From assembly GCA_964606645.1 (NCBI GenBank), contig CAZSIZ010000001.1, forward strand, positions 1 through 61,411: a stretch of DNA of 61,411 nucleotides, given 5' to 3'. Made by a program: the position numbers and the translations under genes. The notes beneath the pieces are model-generated. The model was not told where the DNA came from. It searched no databases and saw only the letters and a list, made by a program, of their open reading frames with translations. Source of the stretch: an uncultured bacterium. GTDB lineage: Bacteria; Hinthialibacterota; Hinthialibacteria; Hinthialibacterales; Hinthialibacteraceae. Position 1 is the stretch's first letter; each line of letters starts with the position of its first letter. Below, piece after piece: positions 1-9,774 of the stretch.

Positions 1-792
1 TGCGCGATCCTGCCTCCCCCTCACTCTAAAAGTTCTTATGGCCGGCAGCGCGGCCTGGCCGGGATTGCTCTGGAGATCGTCGACGGTGGAATCCTCGACC
101 GGGTAACGATTTCCAATATCGCCATGCAGGGAATCACTACCCCGATTTTCCTTCGACTGGGAAATCGGGCGCGCCCGTTCAAAAAAGGCATGGAAAAACC
201 AGGCGTGGGAACGTTCCAAAACGTCACCCTCAACAACATCGTCGCCACCGGAGTCAGCGAGACCGGCAGTTCGATCACCGGCCTGCCCGGCCATCCCATC
301 CGCAATGTCTCCCTTAGCGATATTCAAATCACCTATGATGGAGGAGGAACCGCCGAAGACGCCGCCCGCAGTATTCCGGAAAACGAAACGAAATATCCCG
401 AATCCACGATGTTCGGTACGCTCCCGGCTTATGGCTTTTTCTGCCGTCATGTGGACGGTCTAACGTTCGACAACGTCACCCTGCGAACCACCCAGCCAGA
501 CGCCCGCCCCGCCCTGCTCTGTAACGACGTTCGTAATCTAAAACTCATCGGCCTCGACGCGAAAAGTTCAAAAGACGGCGAACCGGCAGTCGTCTTCGAT
601 TCCGTCCGCCGCGCCCTGATCCAAGGGTGTTCCGCCGATCCAGACAGTCACCTCTTTCTCCGATTAAAAGGGGAAACACAATCCATCCGTGCTCTCGCGA
701 ATGATCTGACCGGAGCGAAAACCGCTTTTCAATTCGACGGTGTTCCTCCGTCCGTCCTAACTCAAGAGGCAAACGCGATCGAAAATCGCTAA
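1..792 (+). CDS. glycoside hydrolase family 28-like (polygalacturonase-type beta-helix), C-terminal part; 5' end outside window
   Basis: Frame 1 is open from nt 1, with no stop before the listed ORF at 124. Successive beta-helix coil motifs (ISNIAMQG, FQNVTLNNIVATG, IRNVSLSDIQITY, FDNVTLRT) are typical of the GH28/pectin-lyase fold. Confidence 0.7.
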   Translation, partial: CAILPPPHSKSSYGRQRGLAGIALEIVDGGILDRVTISNIAMQGITTPIFLRLGNRARPFKKGMEKPGVGTFQNVTLNNIVATGVSETGSSITGLPGHPIRNVSLSDIQITYDGGGTAEDAARSIPENETKYPESTMFGTLPAYGFFCRHVDGLTFDNVTLRTTQPDARPALLCNDVRNLKLIGLDAKSSKDGEPAVVFDSVRRALIQGCSADPDSHLFLRLKGETQSIRALANDLTGAKTAFQFDGVPPSVLTQEANAIENR

Positions 793-881
793 AACGGAGA
801 TTCAATTTGTTTCTTCACGACTTTGGGTTTACCGAAGTGGCCTCTATTATTAATCATCCAACAAATTTTCAGGAGAAACCA

Positions 882-1652
882 ATGAAATCCAAAATCCTAT
901 TATTCACCTTCGCAGCCACCACGCTTTTCCTGTCCGGAATCCCGGCCTTTGCACAGAGCGGCGAAACGCAACTCTACGCGGTTCTCGAAAACAGTATCAT
1001 TCCAGGGCAGATATCCGTTTTCGAAGAGTCGCTTCAAAAGTTGAACGCTCTGAAGAAACAGAACCAAATGACCTCATGGGGCGGTCCCGTAATCGGCTTG
1101 ATGGACTCACCCACGTACTATCACATCTTCACCCCCATGACGGGTTTCGGCGATCTCGACGACATGCAGAAGGAACTGACGAGAAAAACCGACAAGAAAT
1201 GGAACGAGGTTCTCGACGATCTGCTGAAAACCAAGGAATACGAAAAATGGTGGATCGTCCTGGAACGTCAGGACCTCTCCTATCATCCCGAAGGCGCGCG
1301 AGCCAACATTCAAGGCGATGGATACGTCAGCATGGTTTTCTTCTATGGATTCAGCGGGAAAAAGAGTGACACCGTCGATCTCTTCCGGGATTGGGTCAAA
1401 CTCTACAAAGAGAATAATATCACTCACGGCTTCACAGTCTTCGAAACGGTCATGGGCGGAGAGCGTCCACTGTATCTCATTGTCGAGGTAGCCGACGATG
1501 TCGTCTCCTATCACAAACGCGACCGGGAAACCGTCTTAAAACTGGGCGATGCCGGCGACCGTCTGATCCAACGTTCCCTACCCCTGTGCCGTAAATACGA
1601 AGTTAAAAGCGGAGCCTTCCGTCCCGATCTGGCCTACTGGAACGGCTTCTAA
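882..1652 (+). CDS. exported hypothetical protein
   Basis: ORF 807..1652 trimmed to ATG 882, which has AGGAGA just upstream. This gives the signal peptide MKSKILLFTFAATTLFLSGIPAFA/QSG. No family recognised. Confidence 0.7.
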   Translation: MKSKILLFTFAATTLFLSGIPAFAQSGETQLYAVLENSIIPGQISVFEESLQKLNALKKQNQMTSWGGPVIGLMDSPTYYHIFTPMTGFGDLDDMQKELTRKTDKKWNEVLDDLLKTKEYEKWWIVLERQDLSYHPEGARANIQGDGYVSMVFFYGFSGKKSDTVDLFRDWVKLYKENNITHGFTVFETVMGGERPLYLIVEVADDVVSYHKRDRETVLKLGDAGDRLIQRSLPLCRKYEVKSGAFRPDLAYWNGF

Positions 1653-1676
1653 CGAATGTAAAATCGAAATCATAGA

Positions 1677-1716
1677 GAAGCCCTGCGGTGAATCCTGCAG
1701 GGCTTCAATATTTAAT
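1677..1716 (+). terminator. putative intrinsic terminator
   Basis: GAAGCCCTGC (1677-1686) pairs perfectly with GCAGGGCTTC (1697-1706) across a 10-nt loop. It is followed by AATATTTAATAT and starts 25 nt after the stop at 1652. Confidence 0.6.
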
Positions 1717-1859
1717 ATCCCACATGTTTGTTGACATTTCAATTCTATGTCACAACAAACAGTTTGAAACGTTAAACCAAGGGAATTCCAATGATGCTAT
1801 AATTGACTATCCAACTGATTCATCCTGAATCGAAATCGATCGATAAGAAGGGTCAGATC

Positions 1860-2696
1860 ATGAACAAACTGTCGCGTACTTGGAAAATGATGGGAGCCTC
1901 GTGGGAAATCCTGAAGAAAGACAAGGAAATGCTGATCTTTACGCTGCTTTCCTCGATCTGCTGTATCGCGGTCATCGCCTCGTTCGCACTGCCGCTTTAT
2001 TCCAGCGGCGACTGGCAGCCTCCCAAGAAAGATGCGGCACCCGAAGAGCAGGTGATGTACTATTCGATCCTGTTTTTGTTCTACTTCTGTAATTATTTCG
2101 TTATCATCTTTTTCAACTCGGCCATCATCGCCTGCGCGGCAATTCGCATCGGCGGGGGAGACCCGACGCTCGCCGACGGCTTCAAGGCCGCCCTTAACCG
2201 CTTGCCGCTGATCTTCGGCTGGGCGCTGCTGGCCGCGAGTGTGGGATTGATCCTGCGAATCATCGAAGACCGATCCGAGAAAGTGGGCCGCTTCGTCGCT
2301 GGCTTGCTGGGCATGGCCTGGTCGGTGGTCAGTTATCTGGTCATCCCCGTGATGGTTATCGAGAGAAAAGGCCCGGTCGCCGCCTTGAAAGAATCCACGG
2401 CCATGCTGAAGAAAACCTGGGGTGAGCAGTTGGTCGGCAATTTCAGTTTCGGCCTGGTGTTTTTCTTGCTTAACATCCCCGCGATTCTGCTCATTGTCTT
2501 AGGGGTATTCACAGGTTCGGGAACGGCAGCCGTTGTGTGCATCGGTATCGCGGTGATCTATCTCATACTCACCGCCTTGATTCAATCCACATTGCAAGCC
2601 ATCTTCCAAACCCTGGTCTATCTCTACGCCAGCCAGGGCCGCGCTCCCGAAGGCATCCATCCCGATCTGCTGATCAACGCCATGAAACGGAAATAA
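1860..2696 (+). CDS. multi-pass membrane protein, DUF6159-like
   Basis: ATG 1860 inside ORF 1803..2696. The N-terminus MNKLSRTWKMMGASWEILKKDKEMLIFTLLS and 5-6 hydrophobic helices match my memory of DUF6159. Confidence 0.65.
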   Translation: MNKLSRTWKMMGASWEILKKDKEMLIFTLLSSICCIAVIASFALPLYSSGDWQPPKKDAAPEEQVMYYSILFLFYFCNYFVIIFFNSAIIACAAIRIGGGDPTLADGFKAALNRLPLIFGWALLAASVGLILRIIEDRSEKVGRFVAGLLGMAWSVVSYLVIPVMVIERKGPVAALKESTAMLKKTWGEQLVGNFSFGLVFFLLNIPAILLIVLGVFTGSGTAAVVCIGIAVIYLILTALIQSTLQAIFQTLVYLYASQGRAPEGIHPDLLINAMKRK

Positions 2697-2715
2697 TCCG
2701 AGAAGACCCATGAGT

Positions 2716-3411
2716 TCAACGGAGAGGGGTCAGTTTAATATTCCTGAACATGATGGGGGAACCTTCGCTCTGGAGACCGACGTACCCTTTGCGAACCTTC
2801 ACCCCGGTCGCCTTGTTCTGTAATTTCCCATTCACGGTCAGTTCGATAGTATCCCCTTTGCAAACGATCTCGTACGTGTTCCATTCACCGGGTTTCGTTT
2901 CGTTGGTGTCATGCTTGCGGGGGGCGTAGCGGAAGAACTCGCCCTTTTTACTTACGTTTTCATTGAAATCGCAGTTCATTCCAACGACATCACCTGCGCT
3001 TTTATATTTCAGCTGCGCTTCCATGCATAGCGGGAAGGTTGTATCTTCGGCGCTCATCCGCAACAGGATACCGCTGTTGGTGGGCTTCTCAGGCCATCGC
3101 CATTCGACGACGAGTTTGAAATTGCTGTACATTTTCGTTGTGCGCATAAAGCCAAAGGGTTCCCCCTTACACCAAATCGCGCCGTCCCGAATCTTCCAGA
3201 CATCTTTTGGATCGATTTTGTTTTCATCATCCTTCATAAAGATATGCCAGCCTTTGAAATCCTTCCCGTTGAACAGGTTAATGGTCTCTTTGTCCTTCGA
3301 CTTAGCCTTTGTGGATTCACTATCCGGTGCTGCGGGTGTGTCGGCACCCGTGGCCATCATTCCCAATGACACGAAGGTGAGAGCGATTAGAAAACTGAGC
3401 GTGCGTTTCAT
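2716..3411 (-). CDS. exported DUF1080 (3-keto-disaccharide hydrolase domain) protein
   Basis: Signal peptide MKRTLSFLIALTFVSLGMMATGA. Family hallmarks LFNGKDFKGW, WKIRDGAI, NFKLVVEWRW, NSGILLR and GYVGLQSEGSPIMFRNIKL. AGGAGA RBS upstream. Confidence 0.85.
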   Translation of the reverse strand: MKRTLSFLIALTFVSLGMMATGADTPAAPDSESTKAKSKDKETINLFNGKDFKGWHIFMKDDENKIDPKDVWKIRDGAIWCKGEPFGFMRTTKMYSNFKLVVEWRWPEKPTNSGILLRMSAEDTTFPLCMEAQLKYKSAGDVVGMNCDFNENVSKKGEFFRYAPRKHDTNETKPGEWNTYEIVCKGDTIELTVNGKLQNKATGVKVRKGYVGLQSEGSPIMFRNIKLTPLR

Positions 3412-3510
3412 GTTTGTTTTCTCCTATGATCCGAGATGACCTCAGATGAATTGACAGATATTATCTTGAAGAGAGAGCCTGGTCAATCATGTCACGATGC
3501 AGGGTGTCAA

Positions 3511-3542
3511 GATGCAGGCTGGAAGCCTGCGCTACAAAACAA
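3511..3542. repeat. single-arm copy of the CAGGCTGGAAGCCTG palindromic repeat
   Basis: GATGCAGGCTGGAAGCCTGCGCTACAAAACAA matches GATACAGGCTGGAAGCCTGCACCACAAAACAA at 33774-33805 with 4 mismatches. The core GCAGGCT-GGA-AGCCTGC is self-complementary. It lies just downstream of the stop at 3544. Confidence 0.6.
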
Positions 3543-3543
3543 G

Positions 3544-4725
3544 CTACTCCCCGGAAGTTATGGCAGCCTGCGTCAGCGCGTAGGCGTCGTAGGCTTCCCG
3601 GACGTTCCCGCCATCCACGTCCCCCCCATGCAGCCAGACACGGTAGGAAATTTCCACTTCGTCTCCCGGCTGCATCATCACGTGCTTCGTTCCCGGCCAC
3701 GCCACCCCGAACACGCCGTAATAGCGGATCGTCCAGCCCGGCGGAAAATCGGGATGATGCGTAGGCACGAAAATCGAACCGCCCGAAAACGTCTGGTCCG
3801 CATTGAAACGGCCCGAATAATCCACCCACGGCATTTGGACATGATTGCTGCTGTTTTTTAACCATCCTGACGGCCCGGTAATGATCTTATCCCTGCCCGG
3901 CGGCACTCGAAAATAGAGTCCACCATAACCCGCGTTGTCTTTCGGCTGTCCGCTCAGTTGAATCGGTTCGTCTCCCGCTTTGAGATGGATGGTGATGTCG
4001 AGCGCTCGTCCTTTTTCGCCCGCCGGATAGACCGTGCAAAAAACCCGTTCTTCGGCGGCTCTCTTTTCACCCATATACCAGCCGTTCTGCACACCGAACC
4101 GGGCGCAAACCGGGCCGGTCTCCTCGTAGAGCCACTGCTCGAAGCGATGTCTGATTCCTTTCATGTGCCAGATATCGACTGGTTTTTCCCCAACCTTCAA
4201 TCCTGGCCACGACCACCAGATACCCCGGTGGTGGTAGTGATCGCGGGGAAAATCGTCGGTTATCAACTGCCCGCCGATGCCGTAGACCGGATGAAAGTAA
4301 CACGAGCGGTAACGGTCTTCGGGAACGCCCTCTTTTTCGACTGTGCCATAGTTATAGACCCAAACCGGCTTGTCGTTCTCGAACAAATCGAGATATTTCC
4401 CATCCCGCTTATCAAAACGGAAAGGCAATGAACCACGCGACCCGCCTTTTTGAACGTTCAAGGTCAACCGCCCCCCATCGGGAACGGATTTCGGCGGAAG
4501 GACGAAAAAGGCCGTTTGATCCTGTTGCTTCGATATTTGCAGCGGGATACGAATTGTTTTCCCACCCTCTCGATAAGAAAGCCGATAGGCGGTTCGGGGA
4601 TTCAAGTCGAGTGCTTGCGCCTGAAATTGAACGGGAACCTCGACTGAATTCGCCGGAATACTACGAACATCGATCGATGGATTCGCCAGCGCGCTGAGCA
4701 GCAGTAAGGGAACAAAAACAGTCAT
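3544..4725 (-). CDS. exported PmoA-family (DUF6807) protein
   Basis: ORF 3544..4935 trimmed to ATG 4725, giving the signal MTVFVPLLLLSALANPS. The remaining 5' part lies inside the upstream gene. The motif FPRDHYHHRGIWWSW is typical of this family. Confidence 0.75.
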   Translation of the reverse strand: MTVFVPLLLLSALANPSIDVRSIPANSVEVPVQFQAQALDLNPRTAYRLSYREGGKTIRIPLQISKQQDQTAFFVLPPKSVPDGGRLTLNVQKGGSRGSLPFRFDKRDGKYLDLFENDKPVWVYNYGTVEKEGVPEDRYRSCYFHPVYGIGGQLITDDFPRDHYHHRGIWWSWPGLKVGEKPVDIWHMKGIRHRFEQWLYEETGPVCARFGVQNGWYMGEKRAAEERVFCTVYPAGEKGRALDITIHLKAGDEPIQLSGQPKDNAGYGGLYFRVPPGRDKIITGPSGWLKNSSNHVQMPWVDYSGRFNADQTFSGGSIFVPTHHPDFPPGWTIRYYGVFGVAWPGTKHVMMQPGDEVEISYRVWLHGGDVDGGNVREAYDAYALTQAAITSGE

Positions 4726-6068
4726 TATACCTCCTCGGGAACGATCCAGGGGCTGCGATACGTCCGTTTGACCAGCCGGTTCGCTTCGTCGTCGTCGATA
4801 AAGCGTTCGGTCTTGGAATCGAAATTCAGTTTCCGGCCACCCAACCGGTAGGAAATATTGGCCAGATGGCAGAGCGTGGTGGAGAGGTGGCCTTTCTCGA
4901 TATCGGCGTTCGGCTTGCCGCCTTTCCGGATGCAATCGAGAAAATTGACCATGTGTCTGTCTGCCGGATCTTTACCGTATTCGAACGGTCCCGGTATTCC
5001 GTCGGCGTCGAATGATTTCCAGCCGCCGCCGTGCCGTCCCAGGATCATCATGCCTTTAGTGCCGTAGACTTCGACTTTCGTCGCATTGAAGGCCCATTCG
5101 GGAAAGGTGTCGCTGGTGCGGATACTGGGCGGCGTCTTTTTCATATACGGCGTCCAGAGCGTCACCTCGATCAGCATGGTCAAGCCCTCGAATTCGAGCA
5201 AGACGGTTTGAGTGTCGGGCGTATCCTGTTTGTCCTTCAGTTCCCATATCCCGCCGATAGAATACGCCGTTTTGGGAGACCGGCGCATCGATGCCCAACG
5301 GGCGAAATCGATCTGATGGATACCGTCGTTGATAATGTCGCCGCCGGAATACTCCCATTTCCAGTTCCAGCGTCCACCTCGGAAGTGATTTTCGTTAAAG
5401 GGACGCATGGGGGCCGGTCCCAGCCATAGATCGTAATTGACGCCGTCGGGCGTAGGCGCGTCAGCCAGCGCTTTCAGTTGTCCGCGAGTCTTCATATTGA
5501 ACACTTTGACGAGATGGATATCGCCGATCAGGCCGGATCGAATCGCATCCACCGCATGTTGGGCGTAGGGGGCGCTTCGGGTTTGGGTTCCCAGTTGAAC
5601 GACGCGCTTGTATTTCCGAGCCGCTTCAACCATCTTCCGCCCTTCCCAGATATTATGAGATGCCGGTTTTTCGACATAGACGTGTTTCCCTGCCTGGCAG
5701 GCGAGAACGGTCCCCAGCGCGTGCCAGTGATCCGGCGTGGCGTTGACGATGGCGTCGACGTCGGCATCCTCCAGCATCGTGCGGAAGCTCGGGGCGATTT
5801 TGGGCCGCTTGCCCTGCACCTCTTCGACCTGATCCGCGCGGTTCTCCAGACGGCCAGCGTCGGCGTCGGACACATACCGCACTTCCACGTTCTTCTGCCG
5901 GGCAAACGCGCGTGAGAGCCAGCTCCCGCGTCCTCCCAGTCCCATACAGCCGAGAACGATTCTCTCATTCGCTCCGAGAACGTGTGGGGGAGCGGTAAAC
6001 GCCACCGATCCCACCGCAGCCGCGAAACCCGATTTCTTAACAAATGCACGCCGGTTGATTTCACTCAT
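4725..6068 (-). CDS. Gfo/Idh/MocA family oxidoreductase with twin-arginine signal
   Basis: Tat motif MSEINRRAFVKKSGFAAAVGSVAF. Rossmann motif GCMGLGGRG and EKP motif YVEKPASHN. Its TAA stop (4725-4727) overlaps the next ATG (4723-4725) by 1 nt. Confidence 0.9.
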   Translation of the reverse strand: MSEINRRAFVKKSGFAAAVGSVAFTAPPHVLGANERIVLGCMGLGGRGSWLSRAFARQKNVEVRYVSDADAGRLENRADQVEEVQGKRPKIAPSFRTMLEDADVDAIVNATPDHWHALGTVLACQAGKHVYVEKPASHNIWEGRKMVEAARKYKRVVQLGTQTRSAPYAQHAVDAIRSGLIGDIHLVKVFNMKTRGQLKALADAPTPDGVNYDLWLGPAPMRPFNENHFRGGRWNWKWEYSGGDIINDGIHQIDFARWASMRRSPKTAYSIGGIWELKDKQDTPDTQTVLLEFEGLTMLIEVTLWTPYMKKTPPSIRTSDTFPEWAFNATKVEVYGTKGMMILGRHGGGWKSFDADGIPGPFEYGKDPADRHMVNFLDCIRKGGKPNADIEKGHLSTTLCHLANISYRLGGRKLNFDSKTERFIDDDEANRLVKRTYRSPWIVPEEV

Positions 6069-6209
6069 CGATCGTACCTCGATTCAGGATAAGGTAAGTT
6101 TTAGTTGGAATTATCATACCACATCACAAACGAAAATGTCATATCCCCATATCTTCATTGGGAAGAATTCGACAGCGTGTATCAGGAGTGTAAGAATTGT
6201 GGAGTGGAA

Positions 6210-7148
6210 TTACGCTTGCATACTGGCCGATGGAGAAAGACGCCGGCGAAAAAAGCCCGCGGTCCAAAAGTAGGGCGCTTTAGACAACTGCCCGGCATAC
6301 GCAAGCAATAGAGGGATGATCTGCCGATTCAAGTCACAGCGCAGCCGCCAGTCCCATTCGCAGGGCAAAAAGGATTGGATGAAATACTTCACACCGAAGT
6401 GTTTCAGCAGAAACCGCAAACGCCCCCGGTGGAAGCAGTAATAATAATCCGGCCCGAATTTCTCCGTCCCGTACGTTTCGTGATGAACCACGACGGAAGA
6501 CGGCTGGTAGAGTACTTTAAATCCCGCCTGGCGGGCACGGTAACAGAGATCGAGGTCTTCGAAATAGAGCGGAAAATCCTCATCCATCCCGCCCAGCCGA
6601 TCCAATACATTCCGCCGAATCGCCATCGACGCACCGGTCAGATAATCCACGGATTTCGGTGTATCGAAGGAATCGTCGTCGGGCGCGCCGTAGCCTTCGT
6701 GGTGAGTCAGGCAGTTCGGTTCCATCACCCCCCCGGCGAACTGGATGCGGTGATTCTCCGGGAACAGTAATTTCGAACCGGTCAGTCCAACCGTTCGGTC
6801 CTCGATCAATGGTTCGACCAGCGCTTTCAGCCAGCCTTCGCGAACGACAGTGTCCACATTCAGCAGAACGATGATCTCACCCCGCGCCACTTGAATCCCC
6901 TGGTTGCATCCTTTGGGAAACCCATAATTGGCGGGATTCTCGATCAGCGTCACGCGATCCTGATACGCTCGCGCGATCCCCAGCGAACCGTCCCTGGATG
7001 CGTTATCGACAAGAATGATTTCTCTGGGTTGGTACGAATCCGCTAGCACCGAATCCAGGCAGGGCTTCAGGAATTGCTTGCCGTTATAGTTCAGAAGGAT
7101 GATAGAAACGAAGGGTTGGGATGTCATTGCCGTATCCGAGTTGTTCAT
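6210..7148 (-). CDS. glycosyltransferase family 2
   Basis: Motifs FVSIILLNYNG, VDNASRDGS and an acidic FEDLDL region. Start set at ATG 7148, which forms an ATGA overlap with the upstream stop. Alternative starts are 7163 and 7127. Confidence 0.85.
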   Translation of the reverse strand: MNNSDTAMTSQPFVSIILLNYNGKQFLKPCLDSVLADSYQPREIILVDNASRDGSLGIARAYQDRVTLIENPANYGFPKGCNQGIQVARGEIIVLLNVDTVVREGWLKALVEPLIEDRTVGLTGSKLLFPENHRIQFAGGVMEPNCLTHHEGYGAPDDDSFDTPKSVDYLTGASMAIRRNVLDRLGGMDEDFPLYFEDLDLCYRARQAGFKVLYQPSSVVVHHETYGTEKFGPDYYYCFHRGRLRFLLKHFGVKYFIQSFLPCEWDWRLRCDLNRQIIPLLLAYAGQLSKAPYFWTAGFFRRRLSPSASMQA

Positions 7149-8251
7149 GATGGTTCTTTGCAATCGATCAGCGTGGAGGCCGTGTCGACTTTTTTCTCCT
7201 CTTTCTGTTTTCCGTTTTCTTCTTTGATCCGTGTGAAAATCATTCGTCCCGCCGACGTTTGAAGCACCGACGCCACGATGACAGTAACAGGCTGCCCGAT
7301 CGCTGACCGTCCGTTTTCCACGACGACCATCGTTCCATCGTCCAGATAGCCGATCCCTTGGTTCGGTTCTTTCCCCTCGCGAATGATCTGGATCGAAATC
7401 TCTTCACCCGGCAGAACGACCGTTTTCAGGGATTGAGCCAGTTGGTTGATGTTAAGAACGGGAACGTTTTCGATGTCGGAAACCTTGTTGAGGTTGAAAT
7501 CCAGGGTCACCAAGGTCGCCTCATATTTTTTCGACAGCGTCAGCAGTTTTTTATCGACTTCAACCAAATTGGGAAAATCTTCAGCCAGCAATTCAACCTC
7601 GCAGCGTTCGATGCGCTGCAGCCGTTTGGAAATATCCAGCCCGCGCCGTCCTTTCGACCGCTTGATCGGATCCTTCGAATCCGACAAGGCTTGCAACTCA
7701 TTCAGCACGAATGACGGGATAATCACCAAACCGCCGATAAAGCCCGCTTCGAGGATATCGACGATCCGGCCATCGATCAGCACGCTCGTATCCAGGATTT
7801 TGCAGCCGTAGAGCCGGTCCTCGCTGTGAGCGAGAAACGCCGAAGCGGAAAAATCGAAGCGGTGAGCGTAACGAAGCGCGATCACCACTCCGAAATAGCC
7901 TAAAAAGAGATGCAGAACGACAGGGATCACGTCACGAGCCACTGATGGAATGCTTTCAGGGACAGCCACCAGAATCAGCGTCGAGGTGGAAAGCCCCGCG
8001 ACCAATCCTAATACACCAATAAACAGTTCCTGGGGGAACGCTTGCTGCACCTGGCTTTCGATCATCACGATGATGATCCCGATAATCGCCGCAAAAAGAG
8101 AGTAATAGATCCAATCGCCGTGTTGGATATACGGCTCGTAGTAGGGAACCCACTGATAGGGTAGATAGGCAGCGATAACGATAAACACGAAACGGATTAG
8201 ACGCAGAAATGGGACATCGCGATGGGCATGGCCTTTCATTTTCTCACTCAT
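7145..8251 (-). CDS. PIN/TRAM domain membrane protein (YacL-like)
   Basis: About 4 N-terminal TM helices. PIN-like core (KILDTSVLIDGRI, IIPSFVLNELQ) and a TRAM-like C-terminus (GEEISIQIIREGKEPNQGIGYLDDGTMVVVENG). It sits next to radA, as yacL does in Bacillus. Confidence 0.8.
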   Translation of the reverse strand: MSEKMKGHAHRDVPFLRLIRFVFIVIAAYLPYQWVPYYEPYIQHGDWIYYSLFAAIIGIIIVMIESQVQQAFPQELFIGVLGLVAGLSTSTLILVAVPESIPSVARDVIPVVLHLFLGYFGVVIALRYAHRFDFSASAFLAHSEDRLYGCKILDTSVLIDGRIVDILEAGFIGGLVIIPSFVLNELQALSDSKDPIKRSKGRRGLDISKRLQRIERCEVELLAEDFPNLVEVDKKLLTLSKKYEATLVTLDFNLNKVSDIENVPVLNINQLAQSLKTVVLPGEEISIQIIREGKEPNQGIGYLDDGTMVVVENGRSAIGQPVTVIVASVLQTSAGRMIFTRIKEENGKQKEEKKVDTASTLIDCKEPS

Positions 8252-8370
8252 GATTCACGTTCCGGTAATTGGTTAGACTTTGCAGACGAAACGGCAAGTA
8301 TATTGTGTTTCATCAGCCATTCTTTATACTAAATCTTGTGGTTACTGAATGAGTTTTCGATTTTTTGCCG

Positions 8371-9750
8371 TTACGTTTTAAAAAAAACCGCCTTCATCTC
8401 TTCGATAGTCCGGGTTGATTGAATCCCGTCGAGAGGAACGGACTGACGGGTCAGTTCTTTTGCGTTACCTTCGGGGATCACCCCTTGATGATATCCCAAT
8501 TGACGTGCTTCCCGAATCCGAGGCTCGGCCCCGCGCACGGGCCGGATTTCACCCGACAGTCCAACCTCTCCATATAGAATGTACTGCGGGGGAAGCGGAA
8601 TGTCAAAGAAACTGGATAAAATAGCGGCGGCAATGCCCAAATCCCCTGCTGGTTCCGAGATCGTAATTCCCCCGGTCACGTTCACGAACACGTCCCGAGA
8701 CCCCAGGGGCAGGTTCAAACGCTTCTCCAGCACGGCCAGAATCATCGCAAGCCGGTTGCTATCCACCCCGGTCACCGTTCGCCGTGGAAAACCATGTCCA
8801 TGAAAGGGCGCAACCAGGGCCTGAACCTCGATCAGCATGGGACGCGCCCCTTCCAGCGTGACGGTCACGACCGAACCGGCGGGCCGCTGCCCCCCCGAAC
8901 CGGCGAACGCCGCGGCTGGATTGGCCACTTCCTGCAAACCCGATCCGGTCATCTCGAACAGGCCGATCTCATAGGTCGAGCCGAAGCGGTTTTTCGCCCC
9001 GCGCAGGATTCGGTAATGTCGGTGGGGATCGCCTTCGAAATAGAGCACGACATCCACGAGATGCTCCATAATACGCGGCCCGGCGATAGCCCCGTCTTTC
9101 GTCACGTGCCCCACTAGCACGATCGGGGTATCGGTCTCCTTGGCCAGCCGAACCAGAAGCGCCGTGCAATCCCGCACCTGCCCCACGCTTCCCGGAGCAG
9201 ACGTCAATTCGGCCCAGGCCGTCGTTTGGATCGAATCGACCACCGCTAGAAACGGACGTGGTGAGCGGATCCCGGCAATCATGCTTTCGACCTGAGTTTC
9301 GGATTTAACAAACAGTTCGGGTGAGAGAGACGACGTTCGTTCTGCCCGCAGCCGAATCTGAGTGGGTGATTCCTCACCGCTCAGGTAGAGAACCCGCCCG
9401 TATTCCGATGCGATATGATCCGCGATCTGCAGAAGCAGCGTCGATTTCCCGATACCCGGCTCCCCTCCCAGCAGAATCGTCGCGCCCGGCAGAATTCCCC
9501 CTCCCAGAACGCGGTCGACTTCGGACAGTCCCGTCGAATACCGTTTCGATCCGCCGATAGAGACGCTGCATAGCGCTTGCGCTTCGGAAAGAGCCGTGTT
9601 CGATTGCAGAGCCGCGTCACGAGTGGTTTCCGGGCGCACGGCCTCTTCCACAGCAGAGTTCCACTCATCGCATTGCGGACACCGCCCAAACCATTTGGAC
9701 TGCGTATGCCCGCAAGACGTGCATGAAAAGGCGGTTTTGGTTTTAGCCAT
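8371..9750 (-). CDS. radA: DNA repair protein RadA
   Basis: Zinc ribbon CTSCGHTQSKWFGRCPQCDEW, Walker A GGEPGIGKST, a KNRFG motif (GAKNRFGS) and a Lon-protease-like C-terminal domain. Confidence 0.95.
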   Translation of the reverse strand: MAKTKTAFSCTSCGHTQSKWFGRCPQCDEWNSAVEEAVRPETTRDAALQSNTALSEAQALCSVSIGGSKRYSTGLSEVDRVLGGGILPGATILLGGEPGIGKSTLLLQIADHIASEYGRVLYLSGEESPTQIRLRAERTSSLSPELFVKSETQVESMIAGIRSPRPFLAVVDSIQTTAWAELTSAPGSVGQVRDCTALLVRLAKETDTPIVLVGHVTKDGAIAGPRIMEHLVDVVLYFEGDPHRHYRILRGAKNRFGSTYEIGLFEMTGSGLQEVANPAAAFAGSGGQRPAGSVVTVTLEGARPMLIEVQALVAPFHGHGFPRRTVTGVDSNRLAMILAVLEKRLNLPLGSRDVFVNVTGGITISEPAGDLGIAAAILSSFFDIPLPPQYILYGEVGLSGEIRPVRGAEPRIREARQLGYHQGVIPEGNAKELTRQSVPLDGIQSTRTIEEMKAVFFKT

Positions 9751-9774
9751 AGTAAGGCGTTGCTTCGATCCTTC

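Noticed and set aside
3436-3865. ORFs 3436..3861(+), 3461..3865(-) and 3489..3764(+) spanning the repeat and the 3' end of the PmoA-family gene
   Set aside because: They overlap the well-supported PmoA-family CDS and the palindromic repeat. The peptides WKPALQ/LEACATKQ are just translations of the repeat.
4726-4935. N-terminal 70-codon extension of ORF 3544..4935
   Set aside because: The extension lies inside the oxidoreductase gene and is Arg-rich nonsense. The internal ATG 4725 gives a clean signal peptide and a TAATG coupling junction.
6055-6311. Plus-strand ORFs 6055..6273 and 6105..6311 in and near the oxidoreductase/GT2 spacer
   Set aside because: They overlap the 3' end of the GT2 gene and the 5' end of the oxidoreductase gene. 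They lack an RBS and their translations are implausible.
7145-8251. PIN-domain gene as a possible toxin of a toxin-antitoxin or defence module
   Set aside because: The architecture (N-terminal TM helices, PIN, TRAM) and its position directly after radA match the housekeeping YacL-type protein. No small antitoxin partner is present.
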